This document shows positions 7,073 through 15,628 of a stretch of DNA of 15,931 nucleotides, piece by piece. The position numbers and the translations under genes were made by a program. The notes under the pieces were generated by a model, which was given only the letters and a program-made list of their open reading frames with translations, did not search any database and was not told the DNA's origin. Each line of letters begins with the position of its first letter. Positions within the stretch are counted from its first letter, which is position 1. Source of the stretch: an uncultured bacterium (GTDB taxonomy: Bacteria; CSSED10-310; CAZUFC01); NCBI GenBank assembly GCA_964619725.1, contig CAZUFC010000169.1, positions 1-15,931 on the forward strand, given 5' to 3'.

Positions 7073-8532
7073 AAATGAAAAAAAAATCGAATCTGATATG
7101 TTTAATTTCTTCTTTGTCATTATTTCATTTATTAATTGCCTGTTTCATCTCAGATGTTAACGCCCAAAATCGTTCCTGCCTGCTGGTAGACAAATCCGGC
7201 AGTATGCTCGGTTTTCTCAAAGCAGAATCGAATGGTTATCCCAGCGTCCTGGATGAATTAATCGATCACATCATCCAATATTCAAACAGCGTAAATTCTG
7301 CACCTTTGGATATTTACGAGTTTTCCTCATGCCGGAAGGAGATTCTGACGAGCATACCGACCGGCATGCCGATTGATCCGGCTTGTTACGGTCAGGAGAC
7401 GAAAATTGATCAAGCGCTTCTCGAAGTTTTCGAAAAAAATTACAGTCTGGTTTTCATACTGACGGACAACGTCCAGGATGAGCATCATTCGTCAATTTCG
7501 GGAACTGAAATGGGTAGAATAACACATCTATACGAGCATTTCAGGAGTCCCCGAGTATCGCAGGTATTGATTATACCGGCCATACTGCCTTTCAATGACT
7601 GGATTTATTTGCCTGCTGAGGACTTTTCCGAAAAAGACCCTGAACTAATAAGGAATCTTGTCGAAAACAATACTCTGTGCAACGATTGCAATATCGGGAA
7701 AATCGCTTTTTATGAACGCTACACCAGGATAAAATGGGAGGGTCCCCGGGGATTGATGATCTATTGCATTACTTTCGACGGCAAGGCGAATGAGGAGGCG
7801 CGAAGCATCTCCGAATCGCTTGCATCCGGATTAAATACAAAAGCCATTCTAACCAAACCGCTTGGAAATTCCGTGATAAATATGGAACCGGCCAATTTAA
7901 GCAACGGAACGGTGAAGTATAAAGAAACCGAGTTCAAAGAACCCACGTTGTTTCTTTATCCTTCTGACGACGGCTATATCGCCTACGGAGAAGCGCGTAA
8001 AAAGACAGGGCTCGGATTAGACTATTACGAGGGGATATTTCATGTAAAATTCACATCGCCCTTCGATTATTTTAAACTCAACACTTCTGCCGATGTCGAA
8101 GGCAGTGAGATCAATTTGAGCGTCCAATCATTCGGCAACTGGGAAGCAATAGGTTTCAGGGAATTTCAGGCGCAACCGCAAATACTCCCGCCGAAGATCA
8201 TCGGACAGGTGATCGAACCTGACGCTTATTCAAGAATTTATCAAATAACGATTAAAATCCCCTGCGATTCTTTGAAATTAAAATATTGGCCGTTGTCGGA
8301 GTTTTTTCACGTTGCCTTTCACGACTGTGGATGGGTTACGGGAAAGCTTAAGCTTGATATGCAAATACCGGCGCACAGCGTACAGTTGTCAAGCCGCATT
8401 TTTGACAGCTATTTCACCAGGGAATTGACGGGTTTTGACAGGATTTTCAGTTCTCATGATCTCGTAAAATTTCTCACCGATCAAAACATCAATCTTTCGA
8501 CTTTAGTCAGCATTGAGAGTCAAGAAAAATGA
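7069..8532 (+). CDS. Secreted von Willebrand factor A (MIDAS) domain protein with beta-rich C-terminal region
   Basis: Sec-type signal (MKMKKK, hydrophobic core, VNA|Q). LLVDKSGSM is a DxSxS motif (7189-7203), followed by ETKIDQAL (Thr) and VFILTDN (Asp). ATGA overlap with the upstream gene. Confidence 0.75.
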   Translation: MKMKKKSNLICLISSLSLFHLLIACFISDVNAQNRSCLLVDKSGSMLGFLKAESNGYPSVLDELIDHIIQYSNSVNSAPLDIYEFSSCRKEILTSIPTGMPIDPACYGQETKIDQALLEVFEKNYSLVFILTDNVQDEHHSSISGTEMGRITHLYEHFRSPRVSQVLIIPAILPFNDWIYLPAEDFSEKDPELIRNLVENNTLCNDCNIGKIAFYERYTRIKWEGPRGLMIYCITFDGKANEEARSISESLASGLNTKAILTKPLGNSVINMEPANLSNGTVKYKETEFKEPTLFLYPSDDGYIAYGEARKKTGLGLDYYEGIFHVKFTSPFDYFKLNTSADVEGSEINLSVQSFGNWEAIGFREFQAQPQILPPKIIGQVIEPDAYSRIYQITIKIPCDSLKLKYWPLSEFFHVAFHDCGWVTGKLKLDMQIPAHSVQLSSRIFDSYFTRELTGFDRIFSSHDLVKFLTDQNINLSTLVSIESQEK

Positions 8533-9047
8533 AAATTTATTTTCCTTCTCATGCCTTTTGGATACTGATGGGCAGTTTTATGCTCACGGTCGTACTTATA
8601 ATCATTATTGTATTTATTGTTACAAGAGGTAAGCGAAATTTCTCAGTCCGTCTTCTCAACGATGATAATCCCTTCATTTTTACTCTTGGAATTTTCAAAA
8701 CAAGCCAAAAGATACCGGAACTGGGGAGAATAAAACGGCACGGCAAAAATCAGATACTGTTCAAACCCGCACAGGGAATAACTCCCCAGAATTTCGACGA
8801 AAAAACGCCTTTGTCGGCAATGGGCAACGGCTGCGTACTGAGAATGGTCAAATCGGACCAGTCATACGAATTGCATATAAAAGAGGCTACTGAGAAAATC
8901 ACTGATACGATAGATCAGGAACCCGACATCGTCATGGTCGGCGATGGGGGATTCAGTTTTACCGATACATTCGACGGTCCGTCAGAGCCGACGAAAACGG
9001 AAAGCTTCGATGAACATTTAGATATGGAAGAAGATTTTTTTTCTTAG
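8529..9047 (+). CDS. Single-pass membrane protein with cytoplasmic beta-rich domain and acidic C-terminal tail
   Basis: TM segment FWILMGSFMLTVVLIIIIVFIV followed by basic TRGKR (positive-inside rule). Tail ends SFDEHLDMEEDFFS. ATGA overlap with the vWA gene. Confidence 0.75.
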   Translation: MKIYFPSHAFWILMGSFMLTVVLIIIIVFIVTRGKRNFSVRLLNDDNPFIFTLGIFKTSQKIPELGRIKRHGKNQILFKPAQGITPQNFDEKTPLSAMGNGCVLRMVKSDQSYELHIKEATEKITDTIDQEPDIVMVGDGGFSFTDTFDGPSEPTKTESFDEHLDMEEDFFS

Positions 9048-9076
9048 ATAACATTTCTCATTACGGAGGACAACAC

Positions 9077-9448
9077 ATGAAACGCATCCGCATGGTGACG
9101 ACTCTGCTACTAGGTTTCTTATATTTTCTGATTTCCGGCAACGCTTTTGCAGCGATGATCTATCATGATCCGATCGTGCCCATCCCTTCGGTCAAGGTCA
9201 AAATTCTGGTCACCGCCGTCGTGATAATCATTTTTTATATCATAATGAGATTTCTCTTTTATGTCATGCTCGTCGATAAATTTGACATGAATCCCAAGAC
9301 GGCTTTGGCTTTTCATTATTCCGTTTTCCTGCTTTTCAGTCTGGGTTTCGGTATTCTGATGTTTTTTGAGTATTGCGCGGATTGGGTCATACTTACAATT
9401 GCGGCTTTATGGTTGATTACGTCAATCCTTACCGCCGTTCTGCTCTGA
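9077..9448 (+). CDS. Small integral membrane protein (signal-like N-terminus plus about 3 TM helices)
   Basis: SD GGAGGA at 9065-9070. Signal-like N-terminus ending AFA|A, then three hydrophobic segments. Confidence 0.8.
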   Translation: MKRIRMVTTLLLGFLYFLISGNAFAAMIYHDPIVPIPSVKVKILVTAVVIIIFYIIMRFLFYVMLVDKFDMNPKTALAFHYSVFLLFSLGFGILMFFEYCADWVILTIAALWLITSILTAVLL

Positions 9449-9462
9449 AAGGAGGCAATCCG

Positions 9463-12400
9463 ATGGTCGAACCAACGGAAATCAGTTTAAAAGATGGGGA
9501 ACACAAGGAACTTTCAGAATTCAAATCCATAGCGCCCACCATTCTGATCGGTCTCGGCGGTACCGGCAAGGAAGTTCTTATGCTGATAAGACGCTTTTTT
9601 TACGAAAGGTATAAGGTTATCGGTTTTCCCATAGTCGGTTATCTGTGGATCGATACCGATCCTAATTACCAGGCGGTACAGGAGCAGCAATCGGACGATT
9701 TTATTACCAGCCAGATTCAGTTCACCGATGAAGAAAAAATTTCCGCTGTCGTTCCTCAGGCTGAGTACATGAGTTATTTCAAAGAACCTCAAGCCAATCA
9801 CAATATTTTCAAATGGCTTTCTTTCAATCTGAGAGCATACGGTAATGCCGGAATAGTCAAAGGCGCTTATCAGGTACGTCCTTTAGGCAAACTCGCCTTC
9901 TATCACTTCCATGACAAAATAAGCAACCGAATTAAAACAATCTGCAATAACTTACGTTTGCTGAACATCCCGGAGATGATGAGGCAGTACGATGTTCAGG
10001 TCGATACGACAAACACGAACATATACATCATTTCATCAATAGCCGGTGGAACGGGATCAGGCATGTTGCTGGATACAGGTTTTCTAGTCAACAACGTCCT
10101 GATGCAGGATCAACCCAAAATAACTTCCTTTATCGCTTTGCCTACTATATTCGGACAACTCGGACAGAGAGATTCCGCCCTTTATTTCGCCAATGCATAC
10201 GCTACTCTGAAGGAATTAAACTATTATTACACTCACAAACCCTCATTCAGCAAGCCCATTGACGGCGAACACAGCGCTGATGTCGATCTGGAAACGCGGA
10301 ACGCGGATTTTCATAATTATACGCCGAACTGGGAAAACTCGGATAATCCTGAACCCGTCATAGGTCCCCCTTTTCATAATTGCTATCTGATCGACAATCA
10401 GAACAAAGCCGGAAGAACCATTAATCCTGATAAAAGATTTGAGATATTCAATATGATATCAGAAAAGATATTCCTGGATTTCGAAAAAGCCCAGTTTTCC
10501 GAAGCCATGAGAAGCGCCAACGTCAACACTCTGACCAGAACCCTCGACGATTACCCTCATACGGTCAAGGACCCTGAAGCGAAAGACATCTCCGGCAAGC
10601 CTCTCATTCTCTACAAGGACGTCTATCCCTGCCGGTACGCCTCTATCGGCTTGTCTAAAATATTCGTCGATCTTGACCGGTTGAAACACGCCGCTTCTTA
10701 TTACCTTGCTGGAAAATTGACCGACCTCTGGATAATGAATCATAAAATACCCGGCAGTTTCGAAGATATCGTAAAATCGAATATCTCAGAATTGGGAGTA
10801 TCGAGGATGCAGATAGAAAAAGCCATCGCAGCCTCAGATGCCCACGGCAATGAACTTTACCAGGTACTGAATAATAAATTCGAACAACATAAGGCCGAAT
10901 TTTTAAACAGAGTTTCAAAACATGAAGATTTCGTCACCGCATTGGATAAATTGAAAGCCACTTATGTTCGGCAATTCCACAAGCCGAGCGATGACCCCAA
11001 TACTTGGGGCACATACATAAAAGTAATCGAAAAAAGCAACAGGTCTGGTACGCTCAGCACATTAACGGCAAACCTGAGCAGTGAACGGAACAAACTGCTG
11101 AACGATGCCTATACCGGCTTTGATCTTACGGAAGAGTATCTGAAAGCATACGCAAAGAATCTTCATCTTTCAGCACGATCGCTAAACGCCAATGCTGAAG
11201 GTATGAAGAATCAGGCTTCAAATGCCAATAAAGAATTTTCAAAATACCGCAACAGGATACTGGAAATTCAAAGAAGCTGGTCCAATAATGTAATCTTTCA
11301 CAGAAACGGCACTTTGAAAATACTGCTGGAAAAAGCGCTGGATTGTTTAAAACGTTATTTCCAGCAATTGGCTTACAGCTTTGTCTTCCATTCTTCGAGT
11401 AAAATTTGTAATGAGCTTGTCAACAGAATTGGCGAAAAAAAATCACTGGAGGATAAAGACGGGAAAACCATCGTAAAAAGGTCGGGCCTGATACAGGAGA
11501 ACTGGAAGCTGCAGGGACTCCTCACGAACCTTAATAAAAGATTAAAGAACAAATTCGAATCGTTCAAGCAGGCTAAAGTCGAAGACCGGAATACCTCCCT
11601 GACCAAGGATTTCGATTTTCAGACGGAGGTCATTGACGCTCAAAGGGGCGAAGAAGAGGAGTTTATTTGGCTGACCAAATTAGCTGATAAATTCTTTGAT
11701 GAGTCTGAAGTCGGAGCGTTATCCGGCACTAAAACGTATTTGAACGACATAGAGCATCTCGAAGAAAACCTTCTCAAATTCTGTTTTAAAAATATCGGCG
11801 ATATCGGTAAGGACCTGGATGCGCTTGAACTGTTTTTCAATAACTTCGCTGAGAGAACCCATCGTGAGAACAAAATTCAGGCGACCATTAACATGAGCGA
11901 TTCCTGGCTTCCGCCGGCATTGAATCAACCGGCCCTGAGAAACACGAAATTCGTCGAACAACGACATTTCGGGCTTAACCGCGTTAACAGCTCGCAATAC
12001 AAAGAATTCGTCAATATCGTTCAAAAAAGAAATTCGGCCATAGCCAGAACAGGCAACTATAAGGAATCGATCATTTTTTACTCGGAAACTGCCGGTTTTC
12101 CTCTGTTTTATATTCGCGATATTGAAAAATGGAGGGCGACGTATTTGAGGGAAATACAAGTAAGGCCGGAAGAGAGACACAATGAACTCGACTGGGAAAA
12201 ATTCAATGATCTGATACCGCCTGATCAGAAAGAAGCCCAACGTCTCATTGAAGCCAATGAAGTATTTCTGCTGGGCGTGATTTTGCGCATTATTCGCGCG
12301 ACGGACAAAGGCAATTTCTTCTATGAACAGGAAGAATACGGCATAACCGATCAGCGGCTGCTCGGCTCTAAAGTAGTCGCTATTCAAACTCTTAAAGCGC

Positions 12401-12765
12401 AGGATCAGCAGCGGGAAATCATCATGGAGAGAATCGAAACTTCCATCCAGCAGGCCAATCCTAATGAACTGCTTGACCTGCTGGGGCTTTTGACCTATTA
12501 CACCAGAAAAATTTTCCCGATTGAATGGGTTTTAATTTCCAGGACGACGGAGGATAGAAGGTCGCCTGAATACACCTGCCTGGAAAAAAGACGCGTTGAA
12601 ATTTACAATAATTTGCGCAATCCCTACCCGAAAGAAAAACTCGAAAATAAAATTAGAGCGATAGTCAAAAATGTCGATGATGTGGCTCAAAAAATTAAAG
12701 GCACTGAACTCTACGCATTGAAACGTGAAATCGGTAAACTGGAAGAAACGGAAGCGGTTGAATGA
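9463..12765 (+). CDS. Large FtsZ/tubulin-like GTPase (Tubulin_2 / FtsZl1-type) with long helical C-terminal region
   Basis: PTILIGLGGTGKEVL (GLGGTG at 9550-9567), YLWIDTD, GAYQVRPLGKLAF, IISSIAGGTGSGMLLD (tubulin signature at 10042-10062), ANAYATLKEL. ATG at 9463 has SD AAAGGAGG. The track's start at 9373 would overlap the upstream gene. Confidence 0.9.
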   Translation: MVEPTEISLKDGEHKELSEFKSIAPTILIGLGGTGKEVLMLIRRFFYERYKVIGFPIVGYLWIDTDPNYQAVQEQQSDDFITSQIQFTDEEKISAVVPQAEYMSYFKEPQANHNIFKWLSFNLRAYGNAGIVKGAYQVRPLGKLAFYHFHDKISNRIKTICNNLRLLNIPEMMRQYDVQVDTTNTNIYIISSIAGGTGSGMLLDTGFLVNNVLMQDQPKITSFIALPTIFGQLGQRDSALYFANAYATLKELNYYYTHKPSFSKPIDGEHSADVDLETRNADFHNYTPNWENSDNPEPVIGPPFHNCYLIDNQNKAGRTINPDKRFEIFNMISEKIFLDFEKAQFSEAMRSANVNTLTRTLDDYPHTVKDPEAKDISGKPLILYKDVYPCRYASIGLSKIFVDLDRLKHAASYYLAGKLTDLWIMNHKIPGSFEDIVKSNISELGVSRMQIEKAIAASDAHGNELYQVLNNKFEQHKAEFLNRVSKHEDFVTALDKLKATYVRQFHKPSDDPNTWGTYIKVIEKSNRSGTLSTLTANLSSERNKLLNDAYTGFDLTEEYLKAYAKNLHLSARSLNANAEGMKNQASNANKEFSKYRNRILEIQRSWSNNVIFHRNGTLKILLEKALDCLKRYFQQLAYSFVFHSSSKICNELVNRIGEKKSLEDKDGKTIVKRSGLIQENWKLQGLLTNLNKRLKNKFESFKQAKVEDRNTSLTKDFDFQTEVIDAQRGEEEEFIWLTKLADKFFDESEVGALSGTKTYLNDIEHLEENLLKFCFKNIGDIGKDLDALELFFNNFAERTHRENKIQATINMSDSWLPPALNQPALRNTKFVEQRHFGLNRVNSSQYKEFVNIVQKRNSAIARTGNYKESIIFYSETAGFPLFYIRDIEKWRATYLREIQVRPEERHNELDWEKFNDLIPPDQKEAQRLIEANEVFLLGVILRIIRATDKGNFFYEQEEYGITDQRLLGSKVVAIQTLKAQDQQREIIMERIETSIQQANPNELLDLLGLLTYYTRKIFPIEWVLISRTTEDRRSPEYTCLEKRRVEIYNNLRNPYPKEKLENKIRAIVKNVDDVAQKIKGTELYALKREIGKLEETEAVE

Positions 12766-12795
12766 TAATCCCGGCGGCAAAAGAGGAAAACAAAC

Positions 12796-15627
12796 ATGAA
12801 ATGTCTTTCATGCAAAGAATGGGAAATAACGAATGACGATGTTTTCTGCTCAAAATGCGGCAGACGGCTAAGAGAGATCGAAGTATATCCGAATCCCGAA
12901 GACGGCTTGATCGTCTATCTTCCAGGAAATAATACCCAAAAAAAGACGGAATATTTCGACATACGGCTGACCAATACAGGATCGTTGCCTTACGATTTTC
13001 AGTGGGAAATCGTTAATGACAGAAAAAACGCCTGTCGGCTCCAACTGAAGGGCAAGGACAGGGACAGCATGTCCCGGGAAAATCTGATCGTTAATCCTGC
13101 TCAATCCCCAATGAATATCCAGTTAGCCGTCGACATGACCAAAATGTCCGATAAAGAATTTTCTAAACTGCTAATTCATTTTACGGAAGAAAACGATCAC
13201 CACCGAACCATTCTTCCGATCTACGTATCACCCGTACCGTCTGAAATCGAAGATATCAATATCGATATCGATGAGGAAATGACTATCATCGCAGGGAACA
13301 ACTCACCGCCCGCTGTCTTCAAAGGAGCTCTCGAACTGAACAAAAGCTTTGTGGTTTTGACGAAAGCAGAATGCAGTCTCTCGAATGTCGAAATCGTACC
13401 ACGGAAGCCCATGCCCGTCCCTATCAACGGCTTCAATAACGGTAGAATGGAATTCGATATTCTTATCGATTACTCGAACTGGGACCAAAAAATTTATGAT
13501 AATGCAAAAAAACAACATGTCGATGCTGAATTGTGTTTCTTCTTTCTGCACATGGAGGATACCCCGTTTACCAAAAAGACTAAGATTCTTCTGCGTGAAC
13601 CTGCCAGTCTCGTAAGTTCAAGACGTCAATACATCATCGATAAACTTTTCATCGGAAAAAAGGAGAAAATGACCTTCTATATTCGTAATGATGGGGGATT
13701 GCCCCTGACCATTCATCACGACAGGATTTTTTCGCATGATCCGTGGATTAAACCGGTGATAACGTATCCTCCTTCTGATGATAGTAATAATGTCAGACTT
13801 GATCCCGGGAAAGCTGCCACAGTTAATGTGGAATTCGCCTGTAGAAATTTAAAATCAGAAGAGGAAGGATATCAATCTTACCTGCATTTTCCCTGGGATC
13901 AAGATAAGGAACTGGTCGTCGGATTGGTTATTACGGAAATATCTAAAATGCACACCATAACCGACTATCTTGCGGTCGATTTCGGAACCACGAATACCTG
14001 CTGCGCATATATCGACGGTTCAGGTACTCCGCACCTCGTGGTTCTTGACCCCGACAAAAAAGCAGAAGTAATTCCTTCAATACTTCTGTTCGACGATGTT
14101 GAAAATCAGGAGAATCCTCAAATTTCAATCGGAAAAGCAGCCGCAGCCACAAGATTTCTGCCGGAAAGAATCGGCGCTTCAGTGGACTCTTTTAAACGCC
14201 ATATCGGAACCGATAAGAAGATAATGATAAGCGACGGCGAAAACAATGTTTTATATACTCCCGATCGGCTGGTTGAATTCTATATAAAAAAAATAATTGA
14301 AAATGCTGAATCTTCTCTTAACATGAAAGTGGACAAAGTTATCGCCACTTTCCCGCCGGCTTTTTCTTTGAAGAAACTAATCGCTCTTAAACAGGTTTAT
14401 CGTCGATTAAACATCCATACATACGAAAAAGAGCTGGATGAGGCTTCTGCTGCCGCCATATACTACATCTTCGCATCAAAAGAATTTGAGAATACGGGTG
14501 AAATACAGCATGTAATGGTTGTCGATTTCGGCGGCGGCACCACAGATTTGGCTATGATACAATGCCGTTTTCAAAAAGATGAAAGGAACGGCAAGCAGAA
14601 AATAAAAGCAAAAATATTGGGAGTTGACGGCGATCCTCATTTCGGCGGTGAAGACGTTACTGAGGCTATTATAGAACTTCTTGCATCGAAATTCATTACG
14701 GCAGTACAAAAAGCGTACCCCAAAGCAACATTACCGACATTCAGTCGACACAGCGAAAAAAATCTGATATTTGAAAAATTCGATCGTTCAAGCCGTAAAA
14801 ATTATTTTTCACTTTATCGAATTGCTGAGGATTTTAAGATTAACTTTGATAAAGAAGATGTCCCTAATCAAGAGGCAAATTTATCGCTTGATCTCATCAT
14901 AGATGACGAAACAGTGTTAGAGACCGCCACTGTTATCGTCAAAAAAGAGGAAATGAATGATGCAATACGTGAAAAAATTGAAAACATTATCGGCTTGATC
15001 AATAAATTGAAAAAGAAGACAAGATATCAAACGAACGGGAGCTTTGACCGGATTGATCATATTTTCCTCGCCGGCAAATCTTCAAGGATAAGACTCTTCA
15101 AGGATAAAATACGCGCCGAATTCAAATCATCGAAAATAATAACGGATTCCGATATTGCTAAAGAATGCGTCGCGTTGGGCGCCGAAGAATTTTATCAGTT
15201 GACACATTCTCCGATGTCGGGCGTGGAAATGGCGATTGACGGGTTCCTTTATAAAGCGCCGAACGATATAGGGATGGAAAGCAGAAATCAAAACAGGGAG
15301 CGCGTCTTCATTCCTCTCGTCAAAGGAGGAGAAAGCCTGCCTGCAGAGGGAAAAGTCAGGATAAGATTTTCCGATTCAGGGAAAGTTGGAATAAGAATTA
15401 TGGAAAGCTTGCGCGGTCAGACGCTTATCGAAAATCACAGAAACGACTTTCACAATCTGGCGAAAATAGACGTCGATCTTAATGATTATGATGTTATTTA
15501 TACTCCAGGCGAGCTGAAAAACGCCGAACTCAAACTCCATATCGATAAATCGAGAAATATGAGTCTCTTTTTCAAAATCGGAGATAACGATATCGGTCCT
15601 ATTAATGTCGTCACCGAAGGTGAATGA
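12796..15627 (+). CDS. Zinc ribbon + Ig-like (ASH/PapD-like) domains + divergent Hsp70/DnaK-like ATPase fusion
   Basis: N-terminal CLSC...FCSKCG. Ig-like motifs IRLTNTG and YIRNDGGLPLTI...PWIK...LDPGKAATVNVEF. Hsp70 motifs LAVDFGTTNT, IPSILLF, SFKRHIG, ATFPPAF, DEASAAAIYY, VVDFGGGTTD, FGGEDVT, IAEDFKI, IFLAGKSSRI, AKECVALGA. SD GAGG upstream. Confidence 0.88.
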   Translation: MKCLSCKEWEITNDDVFCSKCGRRLREIEVYPNPEDGLIVYLPGNNTQKKTEYFDIRLTNTGSLPYDFQWEIVNDRKNACRLQLKGKDRDSMSRENLIVNPAQSPMNIQLAVDMTKMSDKEFSKLLIHFTEENDHHRTILPIYVSPVPSEIEDINIDIDEEMTIIAGNNSPPAVFKGALELNKSFVVLTKAECSLSNVEIVPRKPMPVPINGFNNGRMEFDILIDYSNWDQKIYDNAKKQHVDAELCFFFLHMEDTPFTKKTKILLREPASLVSSRRQYIIDKLFIGKKEKMTFYIRNDGGLPLTIHHDRIFSHDPWIKPVITYPPSDDSNNVRLDPGKAATVNVEFACRNLKSEEEGYQSYLHFPWDQDKELVVGLVITEISKMHTITDYLAVDFGTTNTCCAYIDGSGTPHLVVLDPDKKAEVIPSILLFDDVENQENPQISIGKAAAATRFLPERIGASVDSFKRHIGTDKKIMISDGENNVLYTPDRLVEFYIKKIIENAESSLNMKVDKVIATFPPAFSLKKLIALKQVYRRLNIHTYEKELDEASAAAIYYIFASKEFENTGEIQHVMVVDFGGGTTDLAMIQCRFQKDERNGKQKIKAKILGVDGDPHFGGEDVTEAIIELLASKFITAVQKAYPKATLPTFSRHSEKNLIFEKFDRSSRKNYFSLYRIAEDFKINFDKEDVPNQEANLSLDLIIDDETVLETATVIVKKEEMNDAIREKIENIIGLINKLKKKTRYQTNGSFDRIDHIFLAGKSSRIRLFKDKIRAEFKSSKIITDSDIAKECVALGAEEFYQLTHSPMSGVEMAIDGFLYKAPNDIGMESRNQNRERVFIPLVKGGESLPAEGKVRIRFSDSGKVGIRIMESLRGQTLIENHRNDFHNLAKIDVDLNDYDVIYTPGELKNAELKLHIDKSRNMSLFFKIGDNDIGPINVVTEGE

Positions 15628-15628
15628 A

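Noticed and set aside
8620-8890. FHA domain in the 172-aa membrane protein
   Set aside because: Plausible from context and a G-R dipeptide, but the S-x-x-H and N-G-T motifs are not clearly present, so it cannot be supported without a profile search.
9373-9462. Track's N-terminal extension of the tubulin-like ORF
   Set aside because: It uses a TTG inside the upstream gene; the ATG at 9463 has a strong AAAGGAGG SD.
11719-12387. 222-aa minus-strand ORF
   Set aside because: Entirely antisense to the tubulin-like gene, with no recognisable motifs; a typical shadow ORF.
9463-12765. Calling this gene ftsZ or tubZ
   Set aside because: It is about three times longer than FtsZ, lacks dcw-cluster or TubR/partition context, and its motifs fit the divergent Tubulin_2 type.
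12796-15627. Calling this gene dnaK/hscA
   Set aside because: It has a long N-terminal extension, divergent motifs, no lid and no dnaJ/grpE/isc neighbours.
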